From the NCBI RefSeq assembly GCF_006345805.1, contig NW_021833195.1:1-28811 (forward strand): DNA of 28,811 bases, written 5' to 3'. Source of the stretch: Octopus sinensis (Eukaryota). Position 1 is the first letter of the stretch, and each line of letters begins with the position of its first letter. This document shows, one piece after another, positions 11,646 through 22,268 of the stretch. The position numbers were made by a program, and so were the translations under genes. The notes beneath the pieces were generated by a model. It saw nothing but the letters and a program-made list of their open reading frames with translations, did not search any database and was not told the DNA's origin.

Positions 11646-11899
11646 TTTGTTCCTTCTCGAGCCATGCCTGACTCATTTAGGGCCGGTTTCCCGGTTTCCT
11701 TGGCGTATAGGTTCCCCACCTGGACGGGACGCCGGTCCCTCGCAGGTGAGCTGCAAGATGCTGGAGGAAAGAGTGAGAGAAAGTTGTGGCGAAAGAGTCA
11801 GCAGAAATTCGCCCTTACCTTCTGCCGGAGCCGCGTGGAGCCACTCATAAACACACACAACGCTCTGTCTGATATTCGAACCCGTGATCCCTCGACCGC
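11646..11899 (-). mobile_element. SINE family C, tail type 3 (V-domain-like), 5' truncated
   Basis: Reverse complement has the family C head/body (GCGGTCG..GGCTCCGGCAG..ACTCTTTCGCCACAACTTTCTCTCACTCTT), then GACCGGCGTCCCGTCCAGG..GAAACCGGGAAACCGG..TGGCTCG. Confidence 0.8.
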
Positions 11900-11931
11900 T
11901 TGTTTTATATATGAATCTCCAGCCTTCTTCA

Positions 11932-12258
11932 GGGCTTATGGCGTAGTGGTTAAGAACGCGGGCTACTAACCCCAAGATTCCGAGTTCGATTCCACACGAT
12001 TCAATAGCTCAATAAAACCTGTTTTGTTTTCTATAGATTCTTTACGTTTGTTTTTCAAAGATAGAAAAAAAATCTCAGAACTGTATGAAACTAATAATAA
12101 TAATAATAATATCGAAAAGTACCTTAGGAATGAGAACCCAGTTTCGAAATTTCCCCAAGACACCTGAAGAATCCTGGAGGGTTTATTAGCCGAAACGTTG
12201 TGTTAACAACAAACGATATGAGGACAAATATACGTCGAATATAAGTAATGTAAATAAT
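11932..12258 (+). mobile_element. tRNA-headed SINE-like element with hammerhead-bearing (Penelope-like) tail, interrupted by a ~100-bp insertion
   Basis: A box TGGCGTAGTGG (11939-11949), B box GAGTTCGATTCC (11982-11993), inserted segment 11993-12095, short (AAT)n, then a tail with the CTGAAGA..GAAAC motif. Confidence 0.65.
12159..12204 (+). ncRNA. Minimal type I hammerhead motif of Penelope-like type, helix II damaged
   Basis: GACAC-CUGAAGA-AUCCUGGAGGGUUUAUUAGCC-GAAA-CGU-U-GUGUU: helix I GACAC/GUGUU, both core boxes and palindromic ACGU helix III. Helix II is mismatched here, but the inverted partial copy at 11917-11933 retains AGGCUG, which would pair with UAGCC. Confidence 0.6.
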
Positions 12259-12821
12259 CTTTACTGGAGTCAGCAAAATGTCTTTCAGTTGGTTTACGAT
12301 GTCTCTGGTGCCATCTGGTATTGGACCCTCAAATTTCTAAAACATATAATGCGTCTATGGAGAGCAGGACCTTGCTTCGTGACCAACCCACAGAACACAT
12401 TAAAGGAAAATATTTTCTTACGCCTGCGCTTGAACAGAACCATTTTCAGTCTGTATTCTCAGCTGCCCTTTACTGACCGATGCCTTAAGCCTTTCCATAA
12501 AAAAATCACAGAACTTCCGAGATATGAAAAAAACAATTTTCTTCCTTTATCTCCTAGCTGCTCGTGCTGAAACATCATGTACTGAATCACAAAAGACATT
12601 TTATCATTCTTCGTTATTTATTTTTCTGTCGTTAGAAAAGTTGCTTTTATGTTTTACATTTGTTTTTGTCTTTATTTTCGTTATTTTTGTCGTGGTTTTG
12701 GGATGAGAAATCTCACTAAACATCAAATGTTCTACCTTCGCTTGACATTAAATCGTCTCTGTAGGTGTATACAGAAACATCAATGTGCTAAGCAGGTAAT
12801 ATAATTAAATGTTGGAAAACA

Positions 12822-12925
12822 CACACGATTCAATAGCTCAATAAAACCTGTTTTGTTTTCTATAGATTCTTTACTTTTGTTTTTCAGAGATAAAAAAAAA
12901 TACCTTAGAACTGTATGAAACTAAT
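12822..12925 (+). repeat. ~100-bp unique sequence duplicated at 11993-12095
   Basis: CACACGATTCAATAGCTCAATAAAACCTG...AGAACTGTATGAAACTAAT occurs at both places. Confidence 0.95.
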
Positions 12926-13472
12926 CCATGTTAACTGATAGCGTGATATTCGAGGAAACCAAAAGTAAAATTGAATTACACAAGTCTTGTACGCCCACAC
13001 GTTAGCATTTCGTTCATTTTTGTTGAGAATTCATTTAGGTATTCTTCAGTACATTTCTCTGCGTAAGAATATTCTGTAACAATAAATTTAATGATCTTAA
13101 ATTACAAGTTGACGCTGGCTAATTATAGTTCTATTTTCTAGTTTCTTTGCTTTTTTTTTGTTATTTTTAAATATTTTAAAACTTTATCGATTATATGTAT
13201 CTTAGTATTCAATAATGGGTTTTCTAAAAAGAAATTCTGTTCATTCCAACCACTAAAATTCGGTTCATATTTTCTTTTTCATTTCCCCTGCTTTTTTAGT
13301 CGGTTTCAGCTATTTTACTTCTAGACATTCGGAATTAATCAAAATTTGTTATTTGTTACTTAATCAAATGTTTGTTTTATATTTAAAATTCTCTTAATTA
13401 TTTCCCTCATTAGAAAACGGCGATGTTAGGTTACCACTTCCAAGACATTTAATCGTACATATCAAACCACTA

Positions 13473-13847
13473 GAAATTGTCACCCATAATTATGACCCTA
13501 GAATCGATTTATTGCATTTCAATCGCTTTTAGGGTTAGGGTTAGGGTTAGGGATAGGGGAAGGGTATCTTTTTTCTTCACAAATGTAAATAAACCCAATC
13601 TGTTTCTTAAACGAAGGACATATTCATACGGCACAGAATGCTTTTTAACTCAATAGACGTCACTGATTGGTTGAAATTGCAGAAATTGAAGAAAGAAACA
13701 AGAAATATCTTACAAACTATAGAATTTTCTCAATAAAGGCAACATAAAAAGATGTTTTATAAGCACATTCTACCAGTATACGGAGTTAAAATTTTTTAAT
13801 TACCTAGAAATTATGTTAAAAACTGCCGTTCAAACCGAAAAGATCCC
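13473..13847. mobile_element. Probable non-autonomous DNA element (MITE-like) carrying TTAGGG repeats; only one terminus recognisable
   Basis: Internal (TTAGGG)4 and a structured end CTGCCGTTCAAACCGAAAAGATCCC. Recognition as a dispersed octopus repeat is from memory only. Confidence 0.45.
13529..13558 (+). repeat. Interstitial telomeric repeat (TTAGGG)4 ATAGGG
   Basis: Read directly from the sequence. Confidence 0.95.
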
Positions 13848-14016
13848 ACGCATTTTCAATTGGTGCTGTATAAAGTATTTAACGATTAAATTGCTAAGAA
13901 AAGAAAATCCTGATATGCCGGACTAAATCCAGTGGTCGGGGGAAGAGTGACGAAATTGAGGGGGAAAAAAATCAAAGACAGATAGAGAAGCAATGAGGGA
14001 CGTGTGGGTGTGACTA

Positions 14017-14053
<37 letters not shown>

Positions 14054-14427
14054 GTGTGAATGCATATATATACATGTTTGTCGAGGAATAGTACATAATT
14101 ATCATAAAAGCATACACACTTTATAACATTTACCCGACAACAACAGATATATAATTTTGACGAAACAATTCATTATTAATTTCTCCAAATTCCATTCAAT
14201 TTTCTTTTATTGCTGAAAATTTAAAAGACGACCGAATCTGACGATTGGAATTGTAATAAAAATAAAGCACAGAAGTGTGAAAATAATGTTTTGGAATATA
14301 GAATTACCAAAACCCCCCAAAAAGGGGAAAACAAGAATTAAAATTCAAAACTCTATTTCTAAAACTATCTTCAAAATACAATTGCTTACTGTATATTTCA
14401 TGTTCCACCATAACTACATTAGGTTTT

Positions 14428-14458
<31 letters not shown>

Positions 14459-14486
14459 AGAGTCATCATCGTTATTATTAATTATA

Positions 14487-14519
<33 letters not shown>

Positions 14520-14681
14520 GATGATGATATTTATATTATTTTATTATTATTGTTATTATTATTATTATTATTATCATATCTTTATTATTATTATTTTCAT
14601 TATTATTATTATTATCATTATTATTGTTATTATTATCATTATTATTACATCATTATTATCATTATTATTATTATTATTATT
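14428..14681. repeat. (CAT)n then degenerate (ATT)n tract at the 3' junction of the R4/Dong element
   Basis: Read directly. Confidence 0.95.
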
Positions 14682-14895
14682 CTATGTTTGACTTTTGCTT
14701 TATATTTGTACAAGTTGGCTCCAAGTCTCACCCAGAGACCTCAAGAGACAACAGGGTTGGAAGTTCATGTTGTTGTTATGCCTAGTGTGCCATATATTTG
14801 GAGGGTCGGGATGTTGTACTAATGAATGTCTAAAAAAAAAAAGTTTTTTTTTTTTTTTTTTTAACCGAAAATTATGGTTGTTTTAAACCTTGAGG

Positions 14896-15460
14896 TTACA
14901 TAGAGAGTATTTTGCGTAGGATATGAGCAGTTCCCATGAGCACTATCTTTTGAACTTCTGCCATTTTTGGGTTTCCTGGTATCTGAGTTAGGTAGCTATC
15001 AGCCCCTTTTGCTATCATTCCCAGGGCACCTATGACAACAGGTATTGTTTTAGTCTTCAGCTTCCACATTTTGCTGATTTCTATTTCAAGATCTTTATAT
15101 TTGCTCAGTTTTTGGTAGGTCCTGACAGATACGTTTATATCGATTGGGACAGTCATATCAATGAGGAGGCATGTTCTTTGTTTGAAGTCTTTCAATATGA
15201 TGTCTGGCCTATTTGCATCTATCTTCCTGTCAGTTTGAATGGTGAAGTTCCAGAGGAGTGAGATGTGGTCATTTTCAAGCACTGGGGGTGGTTTGTGTTC
15301 CCACCAGTTTTTTTCATGGGGCAAATCCAGGTTTTTACAGATTACCCAGTGAATATATTGTGCAGCTCTATCGTGCCTGTTGAGATACTCTGTAGGCGCT
15401 AGAAGACTGCACTTGGAGACCACATGGTCAATGGTTTCATTTTGTTGCTTGCATACACGT
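14896..15460 (-). pseudogene. CCHC zinc knuckle plus PD-(D/E)xK restriction-like endonuclease domain
   Basis: C-[fs]-CKQQNETIDHVVSKC, then YLNRHDRAA, NRPDIIL, LIDMTVP, KLSKYKDL, PVVIGALG: the standard C-terminus of R2/R4-group elements. Confidence 0.9.
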
Positions 15461-18400
15461 TGGACTGCTTCTGATCTTTAATATGTTGGCCTGGTAGTTT
15501 CTTGTTGGTAGGCATTGATCTTGAGCTGCTATGATAAACCCCTCTGTTTCAGATTTTAAGCCAGAGGCCATTAGCCATTGATGGGTCAGGGCTTTGTCGA
15601 TATCTGCATTATTCGCTCTCTTTGGGTATTTGCCATAGAGAGGTTTTTCTTGCCATTTATTATTCAGAATATCTAAGGCCGCAGTTTTGGCACGGGTTTT
15701 CATGCGCCTAGCTTTTTCTGTGCTTGTTTCTTGTATGTCTATCTCTAATTCCGAAATTGGTTGTATTCGGAATTCACTTAGATATTCCTTTGCCTGTTTT
15801 GTGACTGAGTATGATGCTTTCTTGTTTTCATGTTTTGAGACAAGTTTAAACATCCAGTCCTCAGAGTTTTTCAGGTAGGTGTCTAGGCCAATTGTAGCAA
15901 TCTTCATTGTTATTGCCAGTTGCAAAAGACCACGGCCTCCCTCTTTTCTTGGCAGATAGAGTCGTTCTGTATCTGCCTTAGGGTGGTGCATTCTATGCAT
16001 TGTCAACAGTTTCCTTATTTTTCTGTCGAGCTGACATATTTCAGTAATTGACCAGTTAACAATATTGAAACTGTAAGTCACGACTGGTATAGCTAATGCA
16101 TTGATTGCTTCGATCCTGTTTCTTGCATTCAGCTCTGTCTTGAGTATTGCTCTCACTCTTCGATAGCATTCTCTCCTGATCCTTTCCTTCATCTCTGAAT
16201 GCCTTATTCCGTTCCCTTCAATTACCCCTAGGTACTTGTAGCTCTCCGCTGGGTCTAGTTCTTTTATGACATTCTGTTGGTCAAGGTTAACGTTAGATGT
16301 TTCTGTCATTTTTCCTTTGATAAAGGTAGCCTTTGCACATTTATCGAGGCCGAATTGCATTCTGATGTCGTCACTGAATTGTTTGACTATCGCTAGTAAG
16401 CCCTTGAGTTGTTGATCATTTTTTGCAAAAAGCTTTAAATCATCCATGTAACGAGATGATTTATATTTTTATCAAACATTTTATACCCGTACTGCGCGTC
16501 ATTGAGCAGCTTTGAGAGGGTATTAAGGATAAACAAAAGAGGAGTGGTGACAGTGAGTCACCCTGGAAAATGCCACACGAAATTTTTACATCACCAGCAT
16601 TTAGGGATTCACTGTCACTGTTCAGAGTTAGTGTGGTTCTCCATGATCTCATACTTACAGTCAAGAAATTTCGCAGAGTTGGTGCTATCTTATACATTTC
16701 AAGGCATTTCCTAATCCAGCTATGTGGTAGGCTATCAAAAGCCTTTTTATAGTCTATCCAGGCTATTGATAAGTTTTTGTGTCGTTTGTGACAATCTTCT
16801 AAGATCATCTTATTGATGAGTAGTTGGTCTTTACAGCCTTAGGATCCACGTTTACATCCTTTCTGTTCATTAGGGAATATGCTGCTGTCTGTTAAAAAAC
16901 TATAGGTATATTCCGTCAGGACAGATGTTAGAGTTTTGTACATAGTTGTTAAGCAGGTTATGGGTCTATAGTTTTTTGGTTCATTTGTTTCTTCACTTTT
17001 TGGAAGCAGGAATGTTAACCCATTAACTAGCCAAGGAGGCATCCTACTAGGGTGTTGCAGAACATCATTGTACAGTTCTGTTAGCAGTTCATGGCTCTCT
17101 GGGAAGGCATTCAGCCAGAAGTTAGGAATTTTATCCTTTCCTGGAGACTTCCATTTGCTTGACCTCCTGAGAGCAGATCTTATATCTTCTACCTTGACAC
17201 CCTCCCACTTTTGCTCTTCTAAGGGGTCCAGTTCTGTAGATATTCTGTCAATCCAGGGGGCCTTTTCGTTGTGTGTGTTTTTCTTCTGCCCAGATTTTAT
17301 TCCAAAATCTCTGCACTTCTTTTGATGGTACAGACCCTGCAGTAAACGCTGTTTTTCCTATTTCCTCCTAAAAATTCTTGGTGTTATTTTTGAACATGTT
17401 GTTGTCCTTGAAAAATCTAACACGCTTTTCATACCTCGCTATGCGGGTAGCTTTGGCAGATACCTTTTGTTTGATGGTTTCTATGGTGGCATCAATATCA
17501 AGTATAGTTTTCATATTGTATTTTTTCAGTAATTTTTGGGTTTTTGTAGGTTTGGTAGTCTTGTGAGCCTTAAGGTTTTTCAAATATTCAATGTCAGATC
17601 TAAATACTTTAATTTGTTGTTGCAGACGCTCTTGCCAGAAGGCTTTTTGTGGGACTGTTGCCGTTTTCTAATCTTTACACCACATAGGATCGTTGAGATT
17701 TTCGCGGATGCATAGTATAGGTGGTTGAGGTTTGTGATCAACATCATTAACTGAAATATATCCTTAAGTGCAAGCCGGATTTTACCAATTATTTTCATGT
17801 TTTGGTTAGAGTTGCGGATTTTAGGAAGTGTATCACGCTCATCCATGCTGGTTTCTTTAATTTTCAGCCATTCAATCATGATTTGATTTTTTAGCTCATG
17901 TAGTTCTGTTGGGTCAATATTTGTGTGACTTTCTTTATCTATTTGATGCTCATCTGTCTTAGTGTTTATGATTGGTTCAGGGCGTATTTCACTTTGCCTA
18001 TCACTTATACTAACTCTTTCAATCCTCTCTTCGTTTTTATCCGCCCTGGGCTGGTCTATATTCATTTCCTCTGTATTATCTTCTCTAGCTGCAGCTTCGT
18101 TCATTTTATCCGATATTGCTTGTCTAACCTGATCAATCTCTACTTCAGTCAGTAATTTCTTTTTTATAATGTTTCTTCTAACATTGGCAAGCTTGTTACT
18201 GTCTATGTAGGGTCTTACTTCAGGGTGTTTCTGTCTCCAGTTTAAGTATGCTTGTACAGTGCTACACTTATCTGTGGGGAAATATATGGCATGGTAGAAG
18301 GCCTCGAGAACTTCTTTATTATCTTCCCTAGACCATTTTTCCTTCTTTTTCTTTTGATTATTTGGTGATGAGCATGGATGGCCATCTGTTGGAATATTCC

Positions 18401-18486
18401 GGTTTGGGGGTTCGTCCAGCTCCTGTGTGTTGGGAAGATTTGATCCAGTAACTGATTTTTCAATCAGGATTTGGTTCAATTGTATA

Positions 18487-18487
<1 letters not shown>
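14896..18487 (-). pseudogene. Disrupted ~1200-codon RT-RLE polyprotein of the R4/Dong element
   Basis: ORFs 17580-18596, 17368-17583, 16839-17042, 16461-16808, 15437-16447 and 14896-15423 join into one frame after repairing in-frame stops at 17368-17370 (TAG) and 16839-16841 (TAA) and frameshifts near 17640, 17280, 16519, 16452 and 15457. The frame offsets between ORFs agree with these lesions. YMDD is at 16450-16439. Confidence 0.9.
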
Positions 18488-18543
<56 letters not shown>

Positions 18544-18547
18544 GTTG

Positions 18548-18584
<37 letters not shown>

Positions 18585-18615
18585 CATTATTATCATTATT
18601 TTTAATAATTATTAT
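18488..18615. repeat. (TTA)n tract at the 5' junction of the R4/Dong element
   Basis: Read directly. Confidence 0.95.
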
Positions 18616-18734
18616 GTTTATCAAAATCATTCAAGATTACAATGCTTTAAAAGAACACAAATTGATAGAAGTTATGTAGATAGTACCTGGAATTGTTACT
18701 AAATTTGATGCTTACTTTTTTTCTTTCCCAAACG

Positions 18735-18770
18735 TATGTCTATATGCTTGTGTATGTATGCACGTAGGTG

Positions 18771-18803
<33 letters not shown>

Positions 18804-18976
18804 GTATATATATATGTGTGTGTGTGTATGCATGTATGTATGTATATGTGTGTATATGTGTGTGTGTACGTATGTGTCTATATATATATATATATATATA
18901 CACATATATATACAAATATATATATAAATATATATATACGTATATATATGTATATATATATATTATAAATAAATAT

Positions 18977-19035
<59 letters not shown>
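18735..19035. repeat. Compound (TA)/(TG)/(GATA) microsatellite
   Basis: Read directly. Confidence 0.9.
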
Positions 19036-19336
19036 TAATCATATTGTTTTACATTTATTAAATTCGATTTTGCGTTGTTTCGATTGTGTTTTTCTCTTTA
19101 GCTTCTTGTTAAATACGACCGTATTGTCACTTATCTACGTGTCACTTCTTCCTGTCGTGACGACTCTAAATAAAGGATAATGTGTTCCTACCGTTTACTA
19201 TAAACAATTGCTAAGCGCTAAATCACGCTGTTATCTACGCTGAATTTATATATTTAAACGCTGTTGAATGGTTCTATGTGGAACAGCTAGTATATAGCTT
19301 ATGAATTCCGTTTCAGAACCGGTTTAAATTTAAACC

Positions 19337-19569
19337 TATTTCTTTATTACCCACAAGGGGCTAAACACAGAGAGGACAAACAACGACAGACAAACGGAGC
19401 AAGTCGATTATATCGACTCCAGTGCGTAACTGGTACTTATTTAATCGACCCCGAAAGGATGAAAGGCAAAGTCGACCTCGGCGGAATTTGAACTCAGAAC
19501 GTAACGGCAGACGAAATACAGTTACGCATTTCGCCCGGCGTGCTAACGTTCCTGCCAACTCGCCGCCCG
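19337..19569 (-). mobile_element. SINE family B (Deu/Nin-like central domain), full length, 13-bp TSD
   Basis: Reverse complement of 19708-19940; flanked by TTAAATTTAAACC at 19324-19336 and 19570-19582. The core GCCTTTCATCCTTTCGGGGTCGAT.AAATAAGTACCAG resembles the Deu/Nin domain (from memory). Confidence 0.88.
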
Positions 19570-19707
19570 TTAAATTTAAACCATTTCTCTGTTCCTCTCA
19601 ATGGGACTAGCTAAGAAATTGCTGTTAACATTTTCACTTCATTATTATGTTTTTGCGCTTCTCGTTTATTTGGCAAGGGGCAGAGGCGTAACTAATAGGG
19701 GAAGCAG

Positions 19708-19944
19708 GGCGGCGAGCTGGCAGAATGGTTAGCACGCCGGGCGAAATGCGTAGCTGTATTTCGTCTGTCGACACGTTCCGAGTTCAAATTCCTCCGGGGT
19801 CGACTTCGCCTTTCATCTCTTCGGGGTCGATAAATTAAGTACTAGTTACGCACTGGGGTCGATGTAATCGACTTAATCCGTTTGTCAGTCCTTGTTTGTC
19901 CCCTCTGTGTTTAGCCCCTTGTGGGTAGTAAAGAAAAATAAAAA
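19708..19944 (+). mobile_element. SINE family B, full length, ~9-11-bp TSD
   Basis: A box TGGCAGAATGG, B box GAGTTCAAATTCC, A-rich end; GGGAAGCAG(GG) repeated at 19699-19709 and 19945-19955. Confidence 0.88.
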
Positions 19945-20388
19945 GGGAAGCAGGGTAGCGATCCCAAACACGAGCCCCTTTTTGATATTTTGCCCCTTGT
20001 CAATAACGTCTTGTCAACATTTGTTTTTTTAAATTTTAGTTCATTTGTGTCATAAAAGTCAATTTATTTTGTCCCTTTTTTTTTGTTGTTAATCGCATGG
20101 CTTTGAAGAAATTTCCGGAATCATTGCTTTATTTGATCGACCTTCCGTGTATTTGAACTGTCTGCACAATCCCCGGTGTTGTGTTGGTGGCTGCGGATAT
20201 CTGAAGAATCAGAACAAACCCTGATGTCAGCCTCTTGACGCTGAACGATCCCGTGGAGTTTCAACTTTTCACGTCAAAACTATATGAGTAGTTGCAAGTT
20301 TCATACGTAATGAGATCGTTGCTTAAACATGAAATTAGTGAATGTAGAATACAATTGCGTATATTATAATTATATAAGTGAAATAAGC

Positions 20389-20800
20389 AAGTGGCTGTGT
20401 GGTAAGTAGCTTGCTAACCAACCACATGGTTCCGGGTTCAGTCCCACTGCGTGGCATCTTGGGCAAGTGTCTTCTGCTATAGCCCCGGGCCGACCAATGC
20501 CTTGTGAGTGGATTTGGTAGACGGAAACTAGAAGCCCGTCGTATATATGTATATATGTATATATATATATGTATGTGTGTGTGTTTGTGTGTCTGTGTTT
20601 GTCCCCCTAGCATTGCATGACAACCGATGCTGGTGTGTTTACGTCCCCGTCACTTAGCGGTTCGGCAAAAGATACCGATATAATAAGTACTGGGCTTACA
20701 ACAAATAAGTCCCGGGGTCGATTTGCTCGACTAAAGGTGGTGCTCCAGCATGGCCGCAGTCAAAAGACTGAAACAAGTAAAAGAATAAAAAAGAATAAAG
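20389..20800 (+). mobile_element. SINE family A (tRNA-derived, internal microsatellite), near full length
   Basis: Head GTGGCTGTGTGGTAAG...GGTTCAGTCCC (A/B-box-like), internal (TA)/(TG) tract, tail ending in AAAAGAAT repeats. Collinear with the reverse copy at 7904-8315. Confidence 0.85.
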
Positions 20801-20821
20801 ATGCTTGCGTAGTATACTTAA

Positions 20822-21140
20822 AATTGGATGACCACATAAGCAATATGGAGCTATGGCAAAGAACGAATCAAGTTTCGATTAGGGAGCAAATATTTAAGAG
20901 AAAGTGGAAGTGGATTGGTGGAAGCACAATTAGAAAAGACACACCAAATGTAGCGAAAAGTGCTTTACAGTGGAATCCGAAGGATATAGAAAGAGAGGTA
21001 GGCCTAGAACTCGTGGCGGAGATCAACACAAAAGAGACTGGGGGACATTCATGGTAGAGTATAAATGCAGAAGCGGAGAATTATGCGACATGGAATTCAA
21101 TTATAAGTGGCCTATACTCCGCGTTGGAGGGTTAAAGGCA
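20822..21140 (+). mobile_element. RTE-clade LINE, 5'-truncated 3' fragment (C-terminus of ORF, frameshifted)
   Basis: ISNMELWQRTNQVSIREQIFKRKWKWIG..RK..ALQWNP, then in another frame GYRKRGRPR; typical RTE post-RT C-terminal motifs. Confidence 0.8.
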
Positions 21141-22067
21141 GAAAAAATATTGGAATTAGTGGAATATTTCGCGTAACAAAAGAGAAATGAGTTCAACTCT
21201 ATTTGGTATGTGCCATAACGCCTTTTCATTTAAATCTTCGCTACCAAATAATTTAGAACCTATCTATGCCTTTGCGAAATGGTCGAATAGATAAAACCTA
21301 ACACTGATTTGTTTCGGTTGTGTTAAACGTCCTCAGCTCAAGTATACGCTACTAAAGGAAACGACACAGTGTATGACTACATATATTTCTCTTTACAAGA
21401 CAGCTAGAAAATTATTTCTTTTATGAAACCCGCTAACAATGTGAGCTTCTAGAGAAAGCAGGAAGCTGTTCCTTCGAATGAATCGTATATAAAATGAAGA
21501 GCAGAATATATTCGTAAACATCACATGAACTGTCGCGACAATCAGATGTTATGTGAAGGAGGCTTCATTCGTGTCAATAGTTAAATAACATCTGCGGAGA
21601 CATTTAATATTAATGTAGATATAAATGTATTCTAATCTATTATGCATTTTACATTGTGTTCATATTATAAATTTATATACTTATATTGAAAGCAACAACG
21701 CTATATATCTGTGTGAGTCTTTACATGTCAATTTATCTATCTTCCTTTCTTTCTTTCTACCTATCTATCTATATTTCTATTCATCTATATGTTTAACTAT
21801 GAGTGTGTGTATACGTATATATATATTATATATATATATATATATATGCGTGTGTGTAAGTGTGTGTGTATACGTATATATATATATATATATATATATA
21901 TGCGTGTGTATAAGTGTGTGCGTGCGTGGCTATGTATGTTTGTACGTATGTATATATGTGTGTATTTATGTACATAAATATAGCTTTGTTAAATATAACT
22001 ATGTAAACTTTACGTGTACCACATCCTCACGTTGTAGGTTTTGTGTTTGTTCTTTTTGGGGGATTTA

Positions 22068-22140
<73 letters not shown>

Positions 22141-22268
22141 TTGTATACTGTCAACCCCCGGTGTTTAGCCCTAGGAAGCATCGGCGCTTCCTGTCGGCCT
22201 TGACACATTTCCTGTGTCCTTATATATTTACGAAGGTGAGACAAACACCACCAACAGCTAGGCCTGCA

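Larger units (their letters stand above)
14682..18487 (-). mobile_element. R4/Dong-clade non-LTR retrotransposon with restriction-like endonuclease (RLE), near full length, degenerate, inserted in (TAA)n microsatellite
   Basis: Collinear minus-strand ORF pieces give the single-ORF RLE-element order: N-terminal KWSREDN..YLNW..KLANVRRNI motif, RT (KSPGKDKI, YRPITCL, IDYKKAFDS, GIFQGDSLSPLLF, YMDD, YKYLG), CCHC knuckle, RHD and PD..D..K endonuclease. A ~215-bp 3' UTR runs directly into (ATT)n at 14681, and the 5' end abuts (TTA)n at 18488. Confidence 0.92.

Noticed and set aside
11457-11975. 170-aa and 100-aa ORFs as genes
   Set aside because: They run across the duplication end and two SINEs, with no recognisable domain.
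11932-11994. tRNA gene (anticodon-like loop CT-ACT-AA)
   Set aside because: The anticodon stem has only 3 bp, there is no long variable arm for Ser, and the acceptor 3' strand is missing. It is a SINE head.
12289-12706. Possible exon(s) in complex sequence
   Set aside because: Short ORFs with no recognisable homology or convincing splice pair.
14277-14822. 181-aa His/Tyr/Leu/Ile-rich ORF
   Set aside because: Composed of (CAT)n/(ATT)n plus the antisense 3' UTR of the retrotransposon.
18488-18596. ATG plus poly-Ile leader on ORF 17580-18596 as a start codon or signal peptide
   Set aside because: It lies in the flanking (TTA)n target tract, so in-frame fusion is incidental. The element's true start and 5' UTR appear truncated, and I see no HDV-like ribozyme.
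20617-21057. 146-aa ORF as a host gene
   Set aside because: It is a chimera of a SINE family A tail and an RTE LINE fragment.
21303-21340. Minus-strand CTGAGGA..GAAAC hammerhead-like motif
   Set aside because: The helix II closing pair is mismatched, and there is no credible helix III or helix I.
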